Shown: positions 12,201-23,700 of the stretch, one piece after another
Numbering within the stretch: position 1 is the first letter of the stretch
Layout of the letters: every line of letters begins with the position of its first letter
Assembly (NCBI GenBank): GCA_030141605.1
Contig: JAQGDQ010000089.1
Location: forward strand, 62,001 to 126,000
From: Tubiluchus corallicola
Taxonomy: Eukaryota > Animalia > Priapulida
Length of the DNA stretch: 64,000 nt
Direction of reading: 5' to 3'
Made by a program: the position numbers and the translations under genes
The notes under the pieces: generated by a model
The model's database searches: none
The model's input: the letters and a program-made list of their open reading frames with translations, nothing else
What the model was told of the DNA's origin: nothing

Positions 12201-14585
12201 TAAGTAAGCTATAGACGTATTAATCAGTTTGACCAGCCCATTTACATAAATCCACGGTGTGCTTAAGGAAGGACAAAGACCACCAGTTCCATCACAGTTT
12301 TCAAGTAAATGGCAGCTACCGCTGCATCTGTAAATTCCTATACAGTGGTAGTATAAATCAACTGTATGCTGCATTTATTAACAGTTTCTTGCAAGTCTCT
12401 TTGTTACATTTTTCTAAGTTTAAGTAAAATAAACAAAACACATTAATTGACTTATTCCTTCTTTTAATTCTTTTTAAGTTTACAACGAACATTTTGTTGA
12501 GTACTACAGCACAATTTTATTTGTCTTTTACCTGTCTATATGATTAAATGGGCTTCAAATGAAGGTTTTAAACCTGCAAATAGGTGCATCTCCGTCTCTG
12601 TAATGTAGTACTGCAACCACATTGTAGGTGCAGTTGCAAAGGAAGCGATAAAGACGCCTGTGAAGCTTTTTGCAGTGACTATACAAGTCTGGTCAAAATG
12701 CTTCACTTCTTTTTACAAGTACATAAACATGGGTAATCAGTATAATTATCTGCCTGCTAAATGCTGCAACATATGGTACAAACCTCTGGGTTTGTTACTT
12801 GGACAGCTACGAAATAGTTGGGAGCTCGAGATTTGGAACCACTTTGCTTCATTGCCCGTTTGTGCTGTTTTCGTTTACGTTTGACTGCAAAGTAATTTAC
12901 TTAAGATTACTTTAAAATTACGGCTACAGCAAAAGGGTAATTACAGTCATAAATCACATTAATGCGTCATCATCAAAAATGAAATAGTTTTCACATCATG
13001 ATTACAGTTAGTGATGATTAATCTTAATAACAAATTTTAGATACTTTTTTCACCTAATAACGAACTTCTTGCTTTTAAACTGAAATGCTGCTATACTAGC
13101 AGTTTTTATTTTAGAAGCAAAGTTCTGTTACTAACCTAAATCAAAACAGATGTGTGAAAATTTCTTGCACCAATATCAGACCAACACTGATTTTGACACA
13201 CCTTCTTGACTATAACATGACTTCTTGATAATGCCTAAGATAATACCTACACTTGGACTGATAAGATTTTATTGTGTAATAAAAATGTATATTTTGTTGT
13301 GTAATAAAAATATATAAAGTTAATAGTTACATCAATCACCAGCCACTTTATTTGTGTATGACCAAAGTCCATATTTTTGCATTTTCAGCTGTAAAAAATG
13401 CCTTAATTTAATGAAAATTGGCTTAAGAGCGTGTTTTGCTACAGTGCATTAACCTATTAAGTCAAGACTTACTTGCAAATTTCATACTGCAACTACTCAA
13501 AACTGCCTTTCTTTGCAAATTTTTATAGTAAGAGCAAGAAATAAAAATTAAAATGCAGAAATTACCTTACCTGATTTAGCTGATGGTGATCCAAACACAT
13601 CTAATGAAATGTGCCCCAATTTTGAGAAATAATCATGTTCTTGTTCAAAAATTTCTATTGTAACTATTTCTTGTGTGGCACAGATCTGATCAACAAGCTC
13701 ATCAAGAATATTGTGACAAATGTCTTCATCAGTTAGTTCGGTTACAACCTCTACATCGCTAGCAACAATGTTGAAGGGTTCTACACCAGTAAGACCAAGA
13801 ACGCATGCATTGTGTAACTGATCATCATTAAGAAGCTTATCAGAGAAAATCAGACACACTTTTTCATCAAGTTCACTGGTACTGTCAACATCAATAGAAA
13901 TAAAAGGATTTTCTGCAATATCTGGCACTAAATTTTCTTTACAGTAATCTTCCGAGTTTGGTAACGTGTGCAAATTTGTCGTAGATTCTAGGCAAGTAAA
14001 TTTGTCGTCAAGAACAGCTATTATTGCACTATCATCAAGGATATGAACTTTGTTCTTGCTAATAACATTTTTTTCACAACACACTTCACTTACAGTACTG
14101 ACGGAAGATTTAAGTGCACTTTTGTCAATATCGGACATGCTGCTTAATAGAGTTTCTACTGTATTTGACTTATGTGCACAACTGACACCAACATATTTTG
14201 CACCAACTGGAGGAGAGCCACAATAAGACAGGCCCATTAATCTGGATGGTGATTTAGAATGAACAGAAGTCAATGAAATAGGTCTAGGTAAAAACATATC
14301 AGACACTGTATCCACTTCTTCCACAGTCTCACCAGAGCTCATGGGCTCTTTTGTATTTGATGTTTCTGCAGAAGTGAGTTTCTTACTTTTGGCAGTAGGA
14401 GGCCCATAATAACGTAAACATTGGAATTTAGACGGCCTTAAAGCAGACAATGAAGCAGATTCCACAACTTGTAAAGACATGTTGGTTTTTGCTTCATCTA
14501 ATAAGTTACTTTCTTCTGTATCTGATGACAAAGTTTCACTTGCTGTAGACTGATTTGTAATCTCTGCGCTAAGGTAACTATCCAT
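6238..14585 (-). CDS. AKAP7: AKAP7 (AKAP18 gamma/delta)-like 2H phosphoesterase with a long acidic N-terminal extension
   Basis: Phase-consistent GT-AG exons: 14585-13571, 12884-12784 (KRKRKQHKR...APNYFVAVQVTNPE), 11187-11051 (LVTLHITLAVMHL, first HxT), 9929-9769 (DFAGLGNFRNQVLF), 8467-8319 (FKAHLTIAKLSKAPKLRYKGIKKI, second HxT), 6522-6238 (FGSQQVNSLQLLKM...SGYYEC). An acceptor just upstream of ATG 14585 (14591-14590) implies a further 5' exon. The C-terminal end is uncertain because of a possible donor at 6296. Confidence 0.85.
7041..7150 (+). mobile_element. Degenerate tRNA-derived SINE, possibly with a Meta-domain-like core
   Basis: A box TAGCTCATTGG and B-box-like GGTTCAGTTCC, followed by tcataccaaagacttgaaaatggtac, which resembles a widespread metazoan SINE core (recalled, not searched). 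Confidence 0.55.
8750..9680. repeat. 22-bp minisatellite with a 106-bp higher-order repeat, in an AKAP7 intron
   Basis: Unit tagcaagtagtgccacttcatg repeated about 40 times. A 5-monomer block recurs at 9041, 9147, 9253 and 9359. Confidence 0.95.
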
Positions 14586-15732
14586 TGTACTGGCAAAAAT
14601 GTACGGAAAAATTTCTACCTTGTAGTGTAGACTCAGGCATATATCATCAATGCAACAACTTTTAAAGTGAACAGAATATCTTTGTCCAGTGATAAAATAT
14701 GAACTTGATCGCAACAAAAATGAGAAATTTAGTTTTCTCAATCTCATATCAATTCTATTCACAAAATACAGAATATGATAAACACTCAGTAAAGAAATTC
14801 ACCATAGTTATTCCTTCTTAGCTTCCTTCACGAGCATTTTTATGAATGAAAATTAAACATTTTATGAAAAAAGTTGTGTCAAACAATAAAGTTATGACTG
14901 TTATATCAGATCGACTGACCAAACTGTGGAAAAACACAAATGGCCTGCTTCAGTATCCAGCACACCACTAAAACAAAAAAAAACATTATTAGATAAAAAA
15001 TTAATTACATAAATGTACAGTCTTCTTCATCAAATAAAGTTAACCTCACAAACTGTATACTTGTCTATACAGACCGACTTATACAGATCTGTGCAAAAAC
15101 CACAGAGCTATTTTCAACAATGTTTATTAAATCCACATAAATTGGCATAAGTAATTTAGCCACTGGCTAACCTGGCAGACTAAGACGACTTTACATCATT
15201 GTTTAATCTACCATGTTAAACAATTGCCTATCTTACTGCCAAATGAAGGATAGCTGACTTGACGACTTTTTAGTCAATTTGCTACCCTATACTGTTAACT
15301 CTATATTTACTTTAATTAACACATTTACTACTCTACTGATGTTTATGTATTTTTATAATTTTAACATCATCATCTTAGGTACTTCCGTTATGCAACACAG
15401 CACCACTCATAATCTGTTGCCACATGGAGCATTTAATAAATCTTTCTTCATAACATTCAGATATGTGATCAGCTGTCCCCCTCTTGGCTTCTTCCCAGGT
15501 ATTAGTGCTTAATGTAACACTGTAGTAAGTGGAGAGTCCTTTGGTAAACTAATGACACTGCTGTGCAACCTCACTTCATTCATCCTTCTTCATTAAATCA
15601 TTTAGATCTTGAGTTGGGCCATTTTATGCCCAATGTATTTCTTTACAGCATCTTTGGAAGGCATTGATTTCATTCTTCTGGACAACTTTGACAGTCCACA
15701 ATTCAGAATTATATAAGAATGCAGGTTCTACC

Positions 15733-16510
15733 TAGTGATGATAAAACACGTAGTTTAGTTTCTGTGGTGGGATTCGGTTTTTCGAAGATATTTGGAAGCT
15801 TAGAATATGCAACCAAGGCTAATATTTTTCTGTGCGCTATGCACAAATGAGCGGATCAACTAATTTCTTGATCTGCAAAACATGTGGTCTGCAAACATGA
15901 GATCTACTGTCCGCTAAAAATCTGCAACTGCTCTACTAAATTAATTCAAATGCGCAATCTGTCCTAATCCGTAATCCTGGCTACACGGCTATTTTTAATT
16001 CAAATCTGCATAATAATCTGCATTTTTACCTAACCTTGGTTTAAAAAAATAAAAATATTTTAAATCAGTGGAAGCTCCACCCTATTGCAGGGTGTCCACT
16101 GGGTGGTCTGATTTTCGGTGATTAATTGCAACTGTAACAGGAAATATTAGAATATCCTTCATCTAATGTTATTGTATTATTTTAACATTAGTGTTTTTAA
16201 TAGCAAATAAAAGATTATACTACTGCTGCTGGTGCTACTAGTACAGTAGTATGTTCATTTCATGATTAATGAGGCTAATTAATACTTTCATTTTGTTGTT
16301 ATTCAATCTAGTAGCTTGCATGTCAATCTGTCGTTTACTTCCCGCGGCGCGCACATTGTTATCTAACATTAATGAAAATTAACACCGCAAAAAGATAGGA
16401 TCCGCATAACTCTTATTTTAAATACTAGATCCGCAATCCGATCCAGTCTGCATCAATCTTGCGGAACTTGGCCAGATCCGGTCCGCATGATCATGATCCG
16501 ATCATCACTG
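15733..16510. mobile_element. hAT-type non-autonomous element
   Basis: Termini TAGTGATGAT...ATCATCACTG. Flanks gttctacc and gtgctacg match 6/8 (degenerate 8-bp TSD). Internal atccgc/gatccg subterminal repeats. Confidence 0.55.
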
Positions 16511-17639
16511 GTGCTACGTTCAGCTTCAGAAGTTCAGTGCCTAGTAAACTATCAAGATATTTACAATACATTGATCACAAGTGGCGTTTAGCCCCTCCCA
16601 CCTTGATGACGTAACACATGTTCTCATAATGTCGCAATTTGCTACAGTACATAAACAAGCACGAAAAACATGCAGAATGAGTGTATTTTAAGTGATTTAT
16701 GGGCGGTTCCGGGAAACGTATTATTGTGCTACTTACCAAACTATAAGAACTTGTCTAACAATTCCTTAAAAAGAGGACTTAATTACTATACACAAGGATG
16801 TGTGCACAATATCAAGATTTATTGCGAAGTTTCAAACACAGTTACAATAAGAGCGCTAGTTATAATAAAAGTTACAACAAATAGCTAAAATGACAAATAT
16901 GAAATAGTCTGTTAAATTTGCTTTACAAGTTGTGTTGTAAAGCAAAATTTTTATAACACTTTTTACTTACACCAACAAATAAATTATTTTAGTGTCTTGT
17001 ATCTAATTCTAACATAAACACAAAAACTTGATAAATTAAATAAAATCAAGTAAGTTAGCCCAGCTGAACTTTTTGACTATACTACTGTACGTTCAGACAG
17101 TCATACTCAATGAAAACCTATTTTATGCTGTACAGTATCAGGAATATCTTGTTGCAGTGCGTTAAGTCCTGATTTCGCATGATAGAATCTACATGTAGCC
17201 AGCAGTAATAATAAAACATCAGAAAGCTTCTCTTTGAGCATAGAGCACGATTTTTATTAATTTTCTTCCTGCATGCTCTGACCCATCAGTGACACTTATC
17301 TAAGTCATTTTTGGGTTGGGGAAAATTGAACTCCTCCCTCTAATCTTTCCATGTACCGAATATCCACATTACGCATGCCCCAAGCACAATATGCTTCCCC
17401 ATTCTTCTATTTTTTTCACTACTATTAACGAATTTCAGCTGCACAAGGCCTTTTAATTATGGCAAGGAAAAATAAAAACAATTGTTAACACACGCTTTTG
17501 CTGTATATTTCATATAGACTTTAAGTGCAAATATGGGCCTGTGGGTAAGGGCCCAGGCCCCAACAATGGAAAATCAGCTAGAGCTAAAAAAGAGGGTCTC
17601 ATTGGCCATCGTGAGGTGGACCCCCGCTGGTTTATTGAC

Positions 17640-17990
17640 GTTCTATTTTTCAAAGAAGTATCACACCTACGCTGTATTGTGCAGTGTTCTATTTCGGTGT
17701 CATTTATTTGTAGATTGAAATTTCTCAGACGATTGGTTGCATCTTCTTTCACAGCCTCTATTTCGCCGATGCTAGTTGCTATCCATGCAATATCATCAGC
17801 ATATTGCATTGGTAAGAGACGTGTTGACTATGCAGTATGCACCATGAAGAAACAATGGAAGCACTCTTTTAATAATAACACTAGCTAGTTTTTACGAGAT
17901 TTCCAATTACTTCCACGACCCACATTACTTGGATAATAAACTTTTAGGAGTTTTTCGGGGTCTTCTGGTTTACATACAAGCAAGCATAAG
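17640..17990 (-). pseudogene. Non-LTR retrotransposon reverse-transcriptase remnant
   Basis: Minus-strand translation QYADDIAWIATS...LRNFNLQINDTE contains the RT YADD motif and the downstream L.IN..K/E motif. No long ORF. Confidence 0.7.
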
Positions 17991-20714
17991 GTAAAAATAA
18001 ATGAAAATTTCTCATAAAAGTATTGAGCTATTTAATTGTTATTATTAGTATTGTTGTTATTATTATTATTATTGTATGTAAACATAATCAAACACTGAGA
18101 AATTATTTTGGGACACAGTTGATTAATCTGTTAATTATTATACATGTTATTATTACTTAATTTAATTATTATTTGTTTATTATCAGAACGACTTCTAAAC
18201 ATCAATAGTATTGTAGTGTCATCTGTCTATCCATCCATCCATCCATCTTACCATGTTTGGAACTGGTTCAATTGACATTTTTTAGAAATCTTTCGGCCTG
18301 TCATATTTAGCAAATATCTATCCAGTGTGCTTTATTTCTGTTCTACAGAAGAAGTTAATAGCTCCATCTGAAAAACTACCAGAAGCAGCACAACAATCTA
18401 TTTTAACAGATATACCTTAGTTTTGTCTTTTCAATCCACATTTATTTTCCCACGCATTTCTACTAGGAACCAATGTGATAAATATTATCAATATATGTGA
18501 AAGATTTAATAAATCATATTGACTTGCAAAAGCCTAAAGTTTCGTGTTTTTTGAGATCTTGACCTAAAGATAAATTTAAATTCTTTATACAGTACACCAT
18601 GCTAAACTTTTATACTCTAGGATTCCAACAGCTTGTTATAGAAAATAAATTTGTTATTATACACATACAAAATGAAGTAGCAATAATTCACTAAAACATA
18701 CAGAGGACATTTAAAAGCAAAACAACGAGCTAAAATGGCATTACTTGTTATACTTTAATCATATAAAAGCACAGCTTAAAAACGAATAAAAAAGACAATC
18801 ATATAGTAAAACGATAAAGGGTAAAAAATTCATTTCATATTACATATGATACATGAAAATGAAGCTGAAAAACTGGTTGCATTAGGCAACAGGGATTACG
18901 CAGGCAGACCAATGAGCAAGTTACAAAATTAAATGAAAAACTGATCACAGTCACAGAACTGCTTTTGCCAAACTGGAACTCCAATAATATTTAAACACAA
19001 TACAGAATAACAATACTGGAATTATTCAAACTACACGTAATCCGTGTAACTCTCCTTATTACACTGCACTGACAGAACAATTCTGTAAGATTAACAGAAG
19101 CAAGAAAATCTACAATAGAATTTATTATATTTTTAACAATTTTGCTCTGTTTATTTGCCAAACTAGAAGCTTGTTCGACACGTTAGATGTATATAACCTG
19201 TAAACTTAGTGCCTAGAAAGGAAAATGATATAAAAACTACGAAACACTTATACATTCCATGTTAGTAACAATAGATTACAAAAACACAGATGGATTTAAA
19301 GAAAAAAAACAGTTTTAAATTTAAAATGAAAATAACTGCACCGCATAACTTTTTAACACAGACAAGTACATAGAGGCCGATTAAAATAATACTGAAATAA
19401 AAAATAAGAATGTTTGATATTAATTTTGGCCACTAAACACCTCTTTTCAACTAATTGCTATGCACAGCATAGTGCGAGAAATTGTCATTTCTGGACTAAC
19501 AGTTTTTTGCAACACTGTATATACATGACATTCTCAGTCATATCAAATGATATCCGCTTGGAATCTGGCTTGTACTACATTTCCAAACATTATAAGCCAG
19601 TATTGATATGTTAAGGTCGATCAAAGTATTCAGTTTTGAATATACAGAAAGTCCCAAATACATTTTTGTTAACTCAGGAACAAACTGCAGTATACAATCA
19701 AAATTAGTATACTAGGGATACACAAGTAATCACACTTATTTATCCTCATTGATACACAAGAGAAGAACAATGATTTGTACAAAAACAATGAAAAAAGTAA
19801 CAAACATGAATGATCTAACAACGAGTAACTAACAAGATTTAAAATTTCTGTCTATAAAAAAAGTATTCCCACATGATAGAAAGACATTGGATTTACAAAT
19901 CACTGCACCAAGTAATTACACCGAGAACAATCACAATCAATCAAGCTACTTCTGGTTGAGAATAATTAGTTTTCGCTTGAAGCTCTGAGAAATTAATAAA
20001 ACATAATATGTCAAAAAAAATTAAAGAATTAAGATGATTTATACAGCTCAAAAATACTTTTACTTTTGATTCGGATAAAACTATTACAAAAATGCCTGTT
20101 TGCTGCAACAAAAATGACTTATTCTGAACACTGGTGACAGGCTGATGTGGTCAGCATTACAATACTTTATCAAAAATTTCTATCGTTATAGCAACGTGTT
20201 AACAATGTGCATATGAAGATGTCTAATCCAGCAGCAAAAACCAGTAAAAAATCATCACAATCTATAACTATTATCTAGGCATCGAATGTTCAAAATGCAG
20301 AATTCTTCTCTGTACCTCAGTAATGCACCACTAGAATGCACCTGCATGCTCAACTTGGTAAGTTTAATACAATGAACTTTCTGCACAACATAAGCTAGTA
20401 AGCTTTACACATTCTTGTACAGTTGTACTATACAACTTCCACAGAATTAACCAATAATTCTTGATCAGCACAATCCTCGATACACACAGTGTATTATCTG
20501 TGACATCTATTTGTGCAACAATTCCAGAAAATTTGCTTGCAAAAAAGATCACAAATGAATGTAAGATCCCAACTATAGCAGAATCCGACATCAATGCGCT
20601 ATCTAGCATATAGGTGAATGATCAATCGTCAATGCTGACTCACAAGCATGTTGCAAAGAACGTCTTTTGTTATTGTCACAGTGTGACTCACAGTCACAAG
20701 GTTTGTTATAACTG

Positions 20715-23700
20715 TTACTGCACATCCCATATTTCCGCTAATAATGGCGGTAGCTTGTGATTTTGCAGTTTTAAGGAGAATAACATTTCGGAATGTTCAT
20801 TAGAAAAACTCCGTAATTCTGTGAGTTTCATTAACAGTCGAGCAAGAATGTTCGTGGGACCCTGCGGTCTCTGCAACGTCGTGTAAGCACGTAATGCCTC
20901 CAGGTAAATTTCTTGAATCTTCTCTATTTTTCTTGGCTCCACCAAACATGGACGCTCTAAACAATTAGAACAAAGACATGGAAAGTACTTGTTCATAATA
21001 CGATAATAAACAAGTAATGCAAAAGTGAATAAACGTGTAATTATGTACAAATAAAATGGAAAACGGAATATGGATTTAAACTAGAAACTTTCGAATACAA
21101 TCTAGAAGTTTTGTGTTACATGCCCACTAGACCACATAGTCCCTTGCAGGTCTTATTCTTACCCTTCTAGTTTGCTAACATTTCCTAATATAAGTCCATT
21201 CATAATGATTTTAAGATACTGATAGTAATACAGGTATCTATTGATAAGAATATACAAAGTTAACATGAACAGAACTTTTCAGTTTTTTGCTTTTTGTTTT
21301 TAATTAATTTTAAATGTGCAAAAAGGCAAAATGTCAGCAAACAACATTTACCAGAAAATATAACAATAGCTGTCAGCAAGGCATATTCTGCATTGTCCAC
21401 TTTCATCACGGCCATCGACCGACTAAACTCAAAGATGGTATCCGCAGTGTCACCAACTCCCGCCTTGCGGTACGTGTCTCGTGTGTATGGCTGCCCATTG
21501 CCAAATACTACCGCATCCGTCTCTACGTCATAGCGGCGAGCAGAACGTAGTAAAATTACTTCAATTGCTGAAGCCTAGTTAATAAAGTAAGCACGGTTAG
21601 CAAATAGGAATGCAAAGACAGCAAATTTCAGAATTAATTGCTGCTATTGCAATTACTGATAGGATTTCAATAGATGTGCATAAGAACTTGTAACGCGGTT
21701 GAAATTTGTCAAATTTCGAGCAGTCAATGGTCAGAGATTGTTGTAAGACTTTTGTGTAGTTTCCTTAGTTATTACAATTTGGGCAGTTTCAAAACTGAGA
21801 AACATATTACAAGAAAAACCAAAATTTTGGTCAATAGCATTTCAGTAGGACAATAAAAAAATCTGCAAACATACTGCCTCATTTTGAATTTTTACATCAA
21901 ACTTTAGATTATTATTTAGCTAAGGAGATGAGTGATTTCAACTGTATTCCAGCCACAAACGAAAACTGGTTTTAGAATTATAACAACAAAATAAGTGAAT
22001 AAATTGCAAATCGCTTCTTTTCATAATTATTCAGCAAGACAAAAAACCTGGTCACAGTAAGTAAGGCCACAGCTGGTGGACGGTTCACTAAGACCACTAG
22101 CTCAGATTATTTTCTAATCCTTTTCAGTTAGAATGCTTATGATGATTTATATAATCTGTCATGATGCAATTTATTAAAATAAATGCCATTAATAGCAAAC
22201 AAACAAGTGAATAAAACGAACATTCATAACATTTCCTGGCAGCATGCTAAAAATCTATTTACATCTGAATAATAAAAAACTAGTTTCCTAAGGCCTAGAC
22301 AAAAAGGTTTAAATAATCAAATAAACCAATTTCGCCCATCTCAAGGTAGGTTTAAATAAACCTCTTCAGCGCGAACACATCTTACCTTTAGCAGTGTGAT
22401 TTGATCTTCTTTGCACAATGTTTCAAAACCGGGTAATCGTTTAGTAAACTCTACAATAAGTCGGACAGTAAGTATTGTCCATTCTGTGATGTGAGTAAAA
22501 CGATGTTCAGCAAACTGAGGGTCGCTCTCGTCATGATGAAAATCATCTATACTCGCCATCTGTAATCAGTGAGGAAAAAGCAAATGTTGTAGAAAAACTT
22601 TATGTTTACTGCAAACCCGCGCTAGTGTGGGCTGAGCTGATGGAATAATGGGTAACAGTGTCGTATTATCTTTATTATGGCTAAGCATATTAGATGGAAT
22701 ATTAATAATCCATTGTATTTTAGTAAGTGATCACTATTCAACTGAATCTAGATCAGCACTGATGCAACTGCAATTCATATGTGTGCAATTTCGGAAGTTT
22801 GGCCCTTTGTCAAAGTCAGCGAACTTGAACCAATAGAATGAAAAGCACACAGAATGGCCTTATTTATAAATCATCCTGATTTGTTCAACAAAATTACACA
22901 ACTTATCAGCCCAGGGCTAGGCTTCTGCAATCATAGTACATATCTTGAGATGAGTTGAAGAGTCAATTGATCAGGATGTGTGCTTTGCAACATACAAAGT
23001 TAAGGAACAGTGAGGCTGATCAGCGAATGGTTCACAAAGGTCTGTGTTCAAGACTCGCCCCATGCAGTTTCATTCAACATGTTGAATTTGGCGAAATACT
23101 TCACTGATGTACAATGTATATACCATCTGAACGTGGTTAACATCTAAACATCTCTACCAGTTCAAAGTCTAATCTTAGAAGATTATCCTTGATAACAAGC
23201 TAGACTTCTCGTCACAAATTGACATACATTGAGCATACATGGAGCTCTTGAATTCCAGCATGCAGCATTCAGAAATGTACAAAAAATATATTTAAAAAAT
23301 GTTCTGTATCATAAATAAACCTTGTGAAGTCAGGTTTTAGGACAAAATTCACAACATTATTTATTGAAAGCCAAACTAAACCCTCACTATAATTTTACAA
23401 CTTAAAATCCTACTCACAAATATTATTACCAATATCAAATCTATTTTATTATAAATTTAGTGCTAAACTTGCTTCTATTGATTTTTTATCACTCTGTTGT
23501 TAGCAGTATTAAATTTGAAGAACCAGCATTTTTAAATGGGTAAGACAAATGATGTTATGAGTACAGTCACGAGGTGACCAAAGATCGGTAAACAAACATC
23601 GGTAACCAAAGACGCTTTTTGTAATACATATGTCATGTTCCCGTCAAAGACATGAAACATGGCGATCTTATGGCAATGCACGTGTTCGAAATTCACATTT

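Noticed and set aside
3190-14585. Functional cAMP module from convergent GPCR and AKAP7
   Set aside because: Only adjacency supports it. No shared regulatory or overlap evidence is visible.
14590-14762. First 59 aa of the 404-aa ORF (TTG/GTG-type start)
   Set aside because: Probably intronic. A polypyrimidine/AG acceptor sits at 14591-14590, just before ATG 14585.
15560-15700. Possible upstream coding exon of AKAP7 (MKSMPSKDAVKKYIGHKMAQLKI*)
   Set aside because: Stops in frame before any donor and lies beside a transposon remnant.
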